Assembly (NCBI GenBank): GCA_037439485.1
Contig: JBBIVY010000003.1
Location: 1,452 to 65,451, forward strand
Length of the DNA: 64,000 bases
DNA from: Planctomycetota bacterium
GTDB lineage: Bacteria > Planctomycetota > DG-23 > DATKVD01
Reading direction: 5' to 3'
This document shows positions 55,708 through 63,388 of this stretch, one piece after another (positions within the stretch are counted from its first letter, which is position 1; each line of letters opens with the position of its first letter). The position numbers and the translations under genes are program-made. The notes under the pieces were generated by a model that did not search any database, had not been told where the DNA came from, and saw only the letters and a program-made list of their open reading frames with translations.

Positions 55708-56552
55708 GGCCGCTCCGTTTCGTTTTTCGCGAACCTGCCGAGGGGTTTCCAGACGATGTCCTTATCGTCGGGGCCGGACTCCTTTTCGAACATCTGCCGC
55801 CAGCGTTCCTTGAACAGCATCCCGTGCTTGATGATCGTGTAGGCGTTCCGGCTCCTGCGGACGCCCGCGGTCGTCGCGCTCTCGTCGTGCAGCATCGTCA
55901 CCGACGGCTCGTAAAGGATCCGCCAGCCCTTCGAGCGCGCCCGGTAGCACCAGTCGATGTCCTCGTACTGCACCGGATTGAACGCCTCGTCCAGCCCGCC
56001 GATCTCGCGGACCACCGCGCGCTTCAGCATCAGGCAGGCCGAGATGCCGAACTGCACCTCGCGCGGCTCGTTATAGCGCGGATCGTTGGCGCGTTCGCCT
56101 CGGCCGATGTACTGCACCCGGCCGGTGCGCGAGATCGCCCCTCCTGCGAATTGTATCATATCGGGATTGCCTGCGAATACCAACTTCGGCGCCACAATTC
56201 CGACGCGATCTCCGCCCTCCAGTGTCCGGCGCAGCTTTCCCAGCCAGTCCGGATCGCCCACCGCGACGTCGTTATCCATGAATACGAGGAACTCGCCCGT
56301 CGTGTTGGCGATTCCCTGGTTCCTTCCGGTCGAGCACCCGACGTTCCGGTCGTTGGCGATCGCCGTCATTCGCCGCCCGGCCTCTCTGTACTGGGTGACC
56401 GAGATGGCGAGAAGCCCCCTCGTTCCGTCCGTCGAGGCGTTATCGATGACGCACAGTTCCCAGTCTGCATCGCGCGATTCGAGCAACGTCGCGAGGCAGT
56501 TCTTCGTCAGCTCCGCGTTGTTGTGCGTCAGCACGATGATGGAGTAAGTCAT
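55704..56552 (-). CDS. glycosyltransferase family 2
   Basis: ORF 55704-56558 (GTG) best start ATG 56552 (SD GGAGG; ATGA overlap with E1-beta stop); GT-A motifs IVLTHNN, DNASTDGT, DNDV, QYEDIDWCYRA. Confidence 0.85.
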   Translation of the reverse strand: MTYSIIVLTHNNAELTKNCLATLLESRDADWELCVIDNASTDGTRGLLAISVTQYREAGRRMTAIANDRNVGCSTGRNQGIANTTGEFLVFMDNDVAVGDPDWLGKLRRTLEGGDRVGIVAPKLVFAGNPDMIQFAGGAISRTGRVQYIGRGERANDPRYNEPREVQFGISACLMLKRAVVREIGGLDEAFNPVQYEDIDWCYRARSKGWRILYEPSVTMLHDESATTAGVRRSRNAYTIIKHGMLFKERWRQMFEKESGPDDKDIVWKPLGRFAKNETERP

Positions 56553-57526
56553 CCGCACAACCTCCGCGCCGCCTCGGCGATGCTCTTGCGCGAGGGCAGC
56601 GCCGCCTGCTCCAGCACCGGCGAGCAGGGGACCGGGATATCGGGCATGGTGACGCGCGTCACGGGGCCGTCGAGGTAATCGATGGCCTCTTCCGCGATGC
56701 GCGCGGCGAGCTCGGCCATGACGCCACAGGTGCGCGGGCCTTCCTCGACGAGCACCGCGCGGCCGGTCCGCTTCACCGATTCCATCACGTGCGGCGAATC
56801 CATGGGCGAAAGCGTCCTCAGATCAATGACCTCCGCCTCGATTCCTTCCGTCGAGAGCGCCTCGGCCGCGGCGAGCGACTCGTGAACCATGCGCGAATAT
56901 CCGACGATCGTGACGTCCTTCCCGGCGCGGACGGTCGCGGCCTTGCCGAGCGGGATGGCCTCGGCGCCCTCGGGCACTTCGCCCTTCTGCGGATAGAGGA
57001 CGCGGTTCTCGATGAAGATCACGGGGTTCGGCTCGCGAATCGCGGCGAGCAGCAGCCCCTTCGCGTCCGCCGGGGTCGAAGGCGCGACGACCTTGATCCC
57101 GGGCGTATGGACGAAATACGCCTCGACCGCCTGCGAGTGCGTGGGCCCATAGGCCCGCCCGGCGCCGCCCACCGCGCGGACGACGAGCGGGACGGTCGAC
57201 TTCTCGCCGTAGACGTAGCGGAACTTGGCCGCGTGGTTGACGAGCTGATCCATCGCGAGCAGGATAAAGTCGCTGAACATGATCTCGACGACGGGCCTGC
57301 GCCCCATGAGAGACGCGCCGACCGCGACGCCCACGAAGCCCGCCTCGCTGATGGGCGTCTCGACGACGCGCTCCGGGCCGAACTTGTCCTGCATCCCGCG
57401 CGTCACGCCGAAGGCGCCGCCATAGAGGCCGATGTCCTCGCCCATGAGGAACACGCGCTCGTCGCGCTCCATCTCTCCGGTGAGCGCCTCGCGGATGGCT
57501 TCGCTGGTCGAGAGGATTCGAGTCAT
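56549..57526 (-). CDS. 2-oxoacid dehydrogenase (pyruvate/acetoin/BCKDH-type) E1 component beta subunit
   Basis: ORF 56549-57817 trimmed to ATG 57526 (MTRILSTSEAIREALTGEMERDERVFLMGEDIGLYGGAFGVTRG...), transketolase-like Pyr and C-terminal domains; ATGA overlap with E1-alpha stop. Confidence 0.85.
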   Translation of the reverse strand: MTRILSTSEAIREALTGEMERDERVFLMGEDIGLYGGAFGVTRGMQDKFGPERVVETPISEAGFVGVAVGASLMGRRPVVEIMFSDFILLAMDQLVNHAAKFRYVYGEKSTVPLVVRAVGGAGRAYGPTHSQAVEAYFVHTPGIKVVAPSTPADAKGLLLAAIREPNPVIFIENRVLYPQKGEVPEGAEAIPLGKAATVRAGKDVTIVGYSRMVHESLAAAEALSTEGIEAEVIDLRTLSPMDSPHVMESVKRTGRAVLVEEGPRTCGVMAELAARIAEEAIDYLDGPVTRVTMPDIPVPCSPVLEQAALPSRKSIAEAARRLCG

Positions 57527-58482
57527 TCGAACACCCCCTCGGTCAGCCGGGCGACGTCGGCCAACGGGGACGACCGGGCGAAGTCCTCGGCCTCTTTCAC
57601 CTCCTTCGCGGCGGTCTCGGCAATCGCGTCGAGTTCGGATTCCGTTGCAGCGCGCTTGTCGAGGAGGACGCCGCGGAGCAACTCGATGGGGCAGCGGGCC
57701 TTCCACGCGGTCTCTTCGTCGCGCGTGCGGTAGAGGCACTGGTCGGAGCGGGAATGCCCGCAGAAGCGATAGGTCATGCACTCGAGGAACGCGGGCCCTC
57801 CGCCCGAACGCGCCCATTCCACCGCGCGACCGGCGGCCTCCGCGACGGCGAGCACGTCGTTGCCGTCGACGGTCTCAACGCCGAGGCCGAACCCGCGCAC
57901 GCGGTCGGAGAGCTTCGACACGGCGCAGCTTTCCTGGAAAGGCGTGCTCATCGCGTAGAGATTATTCTCGCAGACATAGACGACCGGAAGCTTCCAGATC
58001 GCGGCGAGGTTGAGGCATTCGTGAAAGACGCCCTGGTTGGCGGCGCCGTCGCCCATCATGCCGACGACGACGTTGGGAATCTTGCGCTGTTTGAGCGCGA
58101 GCGCCGCGCCGGTGGCGATGGGAAGCCCGCCGCCCGTGATGCCGTTCGAGCCGAGAAAGCCGACGTCGAAACAGGCCATGTGCTGGCTGCCGCCTCGGCC
58201 TTTGGCATAGCCCGTTTCGCGGCCGAAGATCTCGGCCATCATGAGTCTGGGGTCGCCGCCCTTGGCGAGGAAATGCCCGTGTCCGCGGTGGGTGCCGTTC
58301 ATCCAGTCGCCGTCGCGCAATACGGACGCCACGCCGACCGGCACGGCCTCCTGCCCGATGCAGAGGTGACAGGTCCCGGCAACCTCGCCCTTGAGGAAAA
58401 GGTCGCTCAGCCGCTCCTCGAAGCGCCGGATGAGGAGCATGTCGTGGTAGAGTTTCTTCAGGCGGTCGGCGTCGAGGTTCAT
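57523..58482 (-). CDS. 2-oxoacid dehydrogenase E1 component alpha subunit (TPP-binding)
   Basis: ORF 57523-58647 trimmed to ATG 58482 (MNLDADRLKKLYHDMLLIRRFEERL...); TPP motif GDGAANQGVFHECLNLAAIWKLPVVYVCENNLYAMS; 1-nt gap to upstream KS-like stop. Confidence 0.85.
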   Translation of the reverse strand: MNLDADRLKKLYHDMLLIRRFEERLSDLFLKGEVAGTCHLCIGQEAVPVGVASVLRDGDWMNGTHRGHGHFLAKGGDPRLMMAEIFGRETGYAKGRGGSQHMACFDVGFLGSNGITGGGLPIATGAALALKQRKIPNVVVGMMGDGAANQGVFHECLNLAAIWKLPVVYVCENNLYAMSTPFQESCAVSKLSDRVRGFGLGVETVDGNDVLAVAEAAGRAVEWARSGGGPAFLECMTYRFCGHSRSDQCLYRTRDEETAWKARCPIELLRGVLLDKRAATESELDAIAETAAKEVKEAEDFARSSPLADVARLTEGVFE

Positions 58483-58483
58483 G

Positions 58484-59461
58484 TCAACTCGCGATCCTGC
58501 GGAGGACGACAGCGGCGGCCCCGGACTCGTCGGCGCTGACGACGGCGGCGGCGACGGGCGATTCGGCGAGGCCCAGTCGCGCGGGCGGAGTCGTGGCGTC
58601 GAGGACGAGCGCGGCGAGGGCGACGCCCGTGAGCGCGCCCGCGGCACCGCAATCGCCGACCGCCTTGACGAAGTCCACGGCCTTCAGGCCCGCCGAGACG
58701 GCAAGACCGTCCGTCGGGGCGTCGACGAGGAGCCAGTCGAGCTGCGGGCGGCCGAGCGACGCCTGCGCCAGCGCCCGCGAGAGCGCCTCGTCGGCCGTGC
58801 GGGCCAGGCCGCATCCGGCGACCTCCGCCATCCCTCGCGCGCCACGCTTCAGGACGTCAAGTTCGCGCTCCAGCACCAGCGTCGCCGCAGCGTCAAACGC
58901 CTGAGCGGAGGCTCCCCGGCGCGTCGTCTGAGTATACGTATCTCCAGCGCCCGCAAGCATTACGGTCATTTTTCCGGCGCGCAATTCGTCGAACGCCTGC
59001 GCCAGCGCCTCGACCCCGGCGGCCCGTCCCGAGTTGAAGTTGAAGCTCGTCCCCATCAGCTTGAACTCGATCGCCGCGAGACTCAGCGAGGTGTTGGGAT
59101 AGGCGTGGATGAAGAGCAGGGGGCTCGCCAGTTTCGCGCCCTGCTCGCGCAGCATCTTCAGATACGATTCCTGCGTCGCGATGTTGCCGAACTTGGTGCC
59201 GAAGCTCATGCCGACGGCGTCGCGGCTTGCGCTTTCCGGCGTCAGCTTGGCGTCGCGCAGCGCCAGCGAGGTCGCGGCGAGGACCATCGCGCTCGTGGGG
59301 TCGAGGTAGGTCTTGGCCCCGGTGACGAAGTCCTCGATGCGCAGCGCGGGCGCTGCGACGGGCTCAAACCCCTTGGCGAGCGTCGCGGCAAGGCTGTCGC
59401 GCCCGATGCCCAGCGGCCCGACCGTGCCGATTCCCGTGACGAAGATGCGCGAGGCGGTCAT
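58484..59461 (-). CDS. beta-ketoacyl synthase-like protein lacking the active-site Cys (chain-length-factor-like KS partner)
   Basis: ORF 58484-59527 trimmed to ATG 59461 (MTASRIFVTGIGTVGPLG..., ATGA overlap with KS stop); thiolase fold; position of catalytic ACSS occupied by GTSFNFNSGRAAG; no His-His pair. Confidence 0.7.
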   Translation of the reverse strand: MTASRIFVTGIGTVGPLGIGRDSLAATLAKGFEPVAAPALRIEDFVTGAKTYLDPTSAMVLAATSLALRDAKLTPESASRDAVGMSFGTKFGNIATQESYLKMLREQGAKLASPLLFIHAYPNTSLSLAAIEFKLMGTSFNFNSGRAAGVEALAQAFDELRAGKMTVMLAGAGDTYTQTTRRGASAQAFDAAATLVLERELDVLKRGARGMAEVAGCGLARTADEALSRALAQASLGRPQLDWLLVDAPTDGLAVSAGLKAVDFVKAVGDCGAAGALTGVALAALVLDATTPPARLGLAESPVAAAVVSADESGAAAVVLRRIAS

Positions 59462-60678
59462 GGCATTCTCCTCAGCACGACGGCGGAGTTGGATCCGCCC
59501 AGACCGGAGGAGTTGGAGATCGCGCATCGGACGTCATGTTTCTCCGCCCCCGCGGTGCAATAGTGCAGGTCGCAGTCGGGGTCGGGCGTCTGGTAGTTGA
59601 TCGTGGGCGGAACGATGCCCGTCTCGATCGTCCGCGCCGTGACGAGCGTTTCGACGATGGACGCCGCGCCCATGAGGTGGCCGATCATCGACTTGATGCC
59701 GTTGACGGGGATCTCCGAGGCGCGCTTCCCGAGCACGGCCTTGATGGCGGCGGTCTCGGAGGCGTCGTTATACTTTGTGGAGGTCGCGTGGGCGTTGACG
59801 TGGTCCACCTCGCCGGGGCCGACGCGGGCGTCTTCCAGGGCGCGCATCATCGCGCGGACGATGGACGACCCGTCCTTGTCCGGGGCGGTGAGGTGGAACG
59901 CGTTGTTGTTCGTGTGATGCCCGGCCAGCTCGACGCGCGCTTCGCGGCCGCGGGAACGCGCGTGCGACTTCGTCTCCAGCACGATCGCCCCGGCGCCTTC
60001 GCCGAAGATCGTGCCGCTGCGGTTCTTGTCGAACGGTCGTACCTTGTCCGTCGTCATCGTCCGAAGTGCGAGGAGGCCGCTCCAGCAGTATTCGCTGATG
60101 ACGTCGTATCCGCAGACGACGGCCACCTTCGCCCGTCCCGCGCGCACGAGGTCCGTCGCGTAGCCGAGCGCGGCGTTGCCCGAGGCGCACGAAAGCGACA
60201 GCGTCACCCGCGGCCCCGCGATGCCCCAGAGGTTGCCGAGGCAGGCCGTCGCGTGGCCGAGCAGGCTTTCGCGGATGGCCTCCTCGTCCGGCTCGGTGCC
60301 ATAGGCGGCGGAGGCGTACATCTCTTCGCACGCCTCGGCGGGGCCGAAGTTCGTGGCCATGACGAGCGCGGTGTCGGCGGGGGGCAGGTCGCTCTGAGTG
60401 AGTCCGGCGGAAGTCAGCGCCTCGCGGACGGCCCAGGCGCTGAAGCGTAACCCGAGATCGGCGGAGCGGAGCGTCGGGTCCTCGGGGAAGTCCATCGCGG
60501 CGACGGCCGATTCGGGGACCATCCCGGCGACCTTCACCCGGTGCTCGGCGGGGTCGAACCGCTCGATGGGGTGGATGCCGTCCTTGCCCGCGACGAGGCT
60601 CTCCCAGAGGAGATCCACGCCGAGGCCGAAGGGCGACACGCACCCGAGACCCGAGATGACGACCGGCTCGCTGCTCAC
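59458..60678 (-). CDS. beta-ketoacyl-ACP synthase (FabF/KAS II-like), catalytically complete
   Basis: ORF 59458-60684; GTG 60678 preferred (SD GAGGAG 8 nt upstream); active-site LSLSCASGN, His motifs HVNAHATST and IGHLMGAAS. Confidence 0.85.
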   Translation of the reverse strand: MSSEPVVISGLGCVSPFGLGVDLLWESLVAGKDGIHPIERFDPAEHRVKVAGMVPESAVAAMDFPEDPTLRSADLGLRFSAWAVREALTSAGLTQSDLPPADTALVMATNFGPAEACEEMYASAAYGTEPDEEAIRESLLGHATACLGNLWGIAGPRVTLSLSCASGNAALGYATDLVRAGRAKVAVVCGYDVISEYCWSGLLALRTMTTDKVRPFDKNRSGTIFGEGAGAIVLETKSHARSRGREARVELAGHHTNNNAFHLTAPDKDGSSIVRAMMRALEDARVGPGEVDHVNAHATSTKYNDASETAAIKAVLGKRASEIPVNGIKSMIGHLMGAASIVETLVTARTIETGIVPPTINYQTPDPDCDLHYCTAGAEKHDVRCAISNSSGLGGSNSAVVLRRMP

Positions 60679-60713
60679 AATCACCGCTCCTCGTGGCCTG
60701 CGCTATCGCACAG

Positions 60714-60751
60714 CGCCCTCACTCTGACCCTCTCCCCCAAGGGGAGAGGGG
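60714..60751. repeat. REP-like element family 2, copy in fabG-like gene 3' flank
   Basis: gccctcactctgaccctctcccccaaggggagaggggaa; 38-bp near-identical to 30756-30793. Confidence 0.6.
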
Positions 60752-60760
60752 AATGGGGAA

Positions 60761-61522
60761 TTACATCCTCAGCCCCCCGTCGACGACGAACACCTGTCCT
60801 GTAATATAATCGGCCCAGCCGGACGAAAGGAATAAGACGATTCCGGCGACGTCCTCGGGCACGCCGAATCGGCGCATGGGAATGAGGTCGAGGAGGCGTT
60901 CGCGCGTCGAGATCGGGGTGTCCTTGACGAAGTCGGTGTCGATGACGCCCGGGGTGACGGCGTTGACGGTGACGTTGAAGGCGGCCAGGTCGCGGGCGGC
61001 GGCATGGGTGAAGCCGATCATCCCGGCCTTGGCGGCGGCGTAGTTCGCGCGTTTGACGTCGCCGGTGAGCCCCGCGACGCTGGAGATGTTGATGATCCGG
61101 CCGGACTTCCTGTGGGTCATCACCCGCGAGGCGGCCTTCGCGCAGAGGAACGCGCCCTTGAGGCTCACGTCCACCACGTCGTCCCAGTCGGATTCCTTCA
61201 TGAACGGGAGGAACGTGTCGCGCGAGATGCCGGCGTTGTTGACGAGGATGTCGAGGGCGCCGAACGCCTCGGCGGAGGCCTTCATCATGGCCGAGACGGC
61301 CTCGGCGCTGCGGACGTCGCAGCCGTAAGCCAGGGCGGAGCCGCCGAACGCCCGGATCTCCCCGACGACCGCCTCGGCGGCCTCGCGGTGGTTCGTGTAG
61401 TTGACGAGCACCCTGGCCCCGGCCTGCGCGAGCGTCAGGGCGATCCGGCGGCCGATGCCGCGCGACCCTCCCGTGACCACGGCCGACTTGCCCTCCAGCC
61501 ACCTCGGAACCGATGCGCTCAC
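60761..61522 (-). CDS. 3-oxoacyl-ACP reductase (FabG-type SDR ketoreductase)
   Basis: ORF 60761-61555; GTG 61522 preferred (SD AAAGGAGGGGGG upstream; the alternative ATG lies inside a REP palindrome); GKSAVVTGGSRGIG Rossmann motif, NNAG, catalytic Y..K region. Confidence 0.85.
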   Translation of the reverse strand: MSASVPRWLEGKSAVVTGGSRGIGRRIALTLAQAGARVLVNYTNHREAAEAVVGEIRAFGGSALAYGCDVRSAEAVSAMMKASAEAFGALDILVNNAGISRDTFLPFMKESDWDDVVDVSLKGAFLCAKAASRVMTHRKSGRIINISSVAGLTGDVKRANYAAAKAGMIGFTHAAARDLAAFNVTVNAVTPGVIDTDFVKDTPISTRERLLDLIPMRRFGVPEDVAGIVLFLSSGWADYITGQVFVVDGGLRM

Positions 61523-61541
61523 CGCAGGCCCCCCTCCTTTT

Positions 61542-61600
61542 TGTAGCACAGGCATTCCTGCCTGTGATGCTTATGACAGGCAAGAATGCCTGTCCCACAA
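61542..61600. repeat. REP-like element family 1, double-hairpin copy (GTAG + two palindromes + CCACAA)
   Basis: tGTAGcacaggcattcctgcctgtg atgcttat gacaggcaagaatgcctgtc ccacaa; coordinates +/-1; intergenic between fabG-like and lipoyl-protein genes. Confidence 0.6.
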
Positions 61601-61607
61601 TGAGCGC

Positions 61608-62102
61608 TCACGATCGACCCTCCTCGACCTGCTGCTGGACGTGCTCTTCGGTCACGACGTCGACGCCGAGGCGCTTTCCGAGCGCCGCGATGTCGATGCC
61701 GCGTTCCTTCGCCAGCCGCCGGGCGCGGGGCGTTGCCCGGACTCGGTCTTCCGCCGGCATCGCCGGGGCTGCGGGTTTCGAGGGCGCCGCCGCGCGGCCG
61801 GTCGCGGTTGCGAGATACTCCGCCATCATCCGCGCGTTCTCCTCCGACACGTCGAGGAGCGGCTCGTCCGGTTCGCCCACGAGCGCCACGACGTAGCCGA
61901 GCGGCACTTCGCTCTTCTCGGGGGCGAGGATATGCCGGAGCGTCCCGGCCGCCTCGGCTTCGAGTTCGAAATTCGCCTTGTCGGTGATGACGTCGACAAG
62001 GACGTCGCCCTTTTCGACGCGGTCGCCGACGCTCTTGTGCCAGGGGCCGAGCGTGGCTTCGAGCGTGTTCGCGTCGAATTTGGGCAGCGCGACCTTGAAC
62101 AC
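61608..62102 (-). CDS. lipoyl-domain + E3-binding (peripheral subunit-binding) domain protein lacking the E2 acyltransferase catalytic domain
   Basis: ORF 61608-62180; preferred start GTG 62102 (SD GGAGA, gives M-FKVALPKF...), alternative ATG 62135 lies in a REP hairpin; lipoyl-lysine motif VDVITDKANFELEA; PSBD motif ATPRARRLAKERGIDIAAL; ends after linker (no catalytic DHRxxDG domain). Confidence 0.75.
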   Translation of the reverse strand: MFKVALPKFDANTLEATLGPWHKSVGDRVEKGDVLVDVITDKANFELEAEAAGTLRHILAPEKSEVPLGYVVALVGEPDEPLLDVSEENARMMAEYLATATGRAAAPSKPAAPAMPAEDRVRATPRARRLAKERGIDIAALGKRLGVDVVTEEHVQQQVEEGRS

Positions 62103-62127
62103 GGTGTTTCTCCGTGGCTTTGGTGGG

Positions 62128-62180
62128 GCAGACATTCCTGTCTGCCCCCCGAATGACAGGCAGGAATGCCTGTCCCACAA
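62128..62180. repeat. REP-like element family 1, second double-hairpin copy
   Basis: gcagacattcctgtctgc cccccgaat gacaggcaggaatgcctgtc ccacaa; same architecture as 61542-61600; lies between lipoyl-protein start and GT4 stop. Confidence 0.6.
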
Positions 62181-62188
62181 ACTTCATA

Positions 62189-63388
62189 CTAACGTCCGCG
62201 CGCGCGCTCCGCAAGCACCTCGTCGTAGACGCGCTCGATTCCTTCGGCGGTGAGCCCGGCGTCGAACCTCGATGCGGCCGCCGCGGCCCGCGAGCCCATC
62301 GACGCGCGAAGGGCGCTTGAGCCGAGCAGGTCCGAAAGCGCCCCGGCCAGGGCCGGCACGTCGCCGAACGGCACCAGGAGGCCCGTTTCGCCGTGCTCGA
62401 TGATCTCCGGCAATCCCCCGGCGCGCGTGCCGACGACGGGCTTGCCCATCGTCATGGCCTCCACCGCCGCGCGGCCGAACGGCTCGTTACGCGAGGGGAG
62501 TACCACGACGGTGCTGTCGATCAGGCATGAGGCGACGTCGTTCCGCCGGCCGGCGAAGATCACGACGCCCTCGAGGCCGAGCGTGCAAACGAGCTTGCGC
62601 AGGTGCGCCAGGTGCGCGGCGTCGTCGGGCGACATCGCTTCGCCGACGAAGAGCACTCGCAGCGAGGGGAACTTCTGGCGCGCCGCGCCCAGGGCGGCGA
62701 TGAGAAATTCGTGCCCCTTCCAGGGCGTCATCTGCCCGACGAGCGTGACAAGCGGAGCCTCGGGCGGAATGCCGAACTCGAACCTCACGCGGTCGGGCCG
62801 GGCGGAGGCGAGAAGCGATGCGCGGTCGATGCCGTTCATGACGAGGCGCACTTTCCCGGCGCCGGCGCGGCCGGCCCGAGCGAGCACGCTCTTCTCGACG
62901 GCGCCGCTGATGCAGATGACTCGGTCGGCAAACCGGAGCAGCGTTCGAGCGCCCGCGCCGAGATCGACGAGGTCCCGCACGTGCCACACCGAGCCCGTGC
63001 GCCGGAGCGCCGCGGCGGGTCCGGCCGAGAGGAACGCCGTGGTCGTGTTCGCGTGGACGATGTCGATCCTGCGTTCGGCGATGATGCGCGAAAGGCTGAG
63101 CGTGGAGAGCCCGACGTCGGCGAGCCCGGCCGCGACGGCGGGGATGGCCCTCGCGCGGCGGATGCGGCGGAGGCGGACGGTGATCTGCTCGATGCCGGCG
63201 ACGCGCACGGCGTCGGCGAAGGGGCCTTCGGGGCAGGCGACGACGGGACGGAACCGCCGGCGGTCGATGCGCGCGAGGACCTCCAGCAGGCTTATCTCGG
63301 CGCCCGAGATTCTTGCCGAGTGATCCACGCAGAGCACATTGGCCGGGCCTTCCCGTCCCGATGCATCGGGACCCGCAGGCGGGTTCAT
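62189..63388 (-). CDS. glycosyltransferase family 4
   Basis: 399 aa; GT-B; EAMTMGKPVVGTRAGGLPEIIEHGETG; ATGA-type overlap with upstream lipoprotein gene. Confidence 0.85.
   Translation of the reverse strand: MNPPAGPDASGREGPANVLCVDHSARISGAEISLLEVLARIDRRRFRPVVACPEGPFADAVRVAGIEQITVRLRRIRRARAIPAVAAGLADVGLSTLSLSRIIAERRIDIVHANTTTAFLSAGPAAALRRTGSVWHVRDLVDLGAGARTLLRFADRVICISGAVEKSVLARAGRAGAGKVRLVMNGIDRASLLASARPDRVRFEFGIPPEAPLVTLVGQMTPWKGHEFLIAALGAARQKFPSLRVLFVGEAMSPDDAAHLAHLRKLVCTLGLEGVVIFAGRRNDVASCLIDSTVVVLPSRNEPFGRAAVEAMTMGKPVVGTRAGGLPEIIEHGETGLLVPFGDVPALAGALSDLLGSSALRASMGSRAAAAASRFDAGLTAEGIERVYDEVLAERARGR

Noticed and set aside
56549-58482. Calling the E1 alpha/beta genes the housekeeping pyruvate dehydrogenase (aceE-type/pdhAB)
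   Set aside because: No full E2 or E3 is adjacent and the genes are translationally coupled to KS/ACP/GT genes; housekeeping role cannot be excluded without the rest of the genome, so only the family is called
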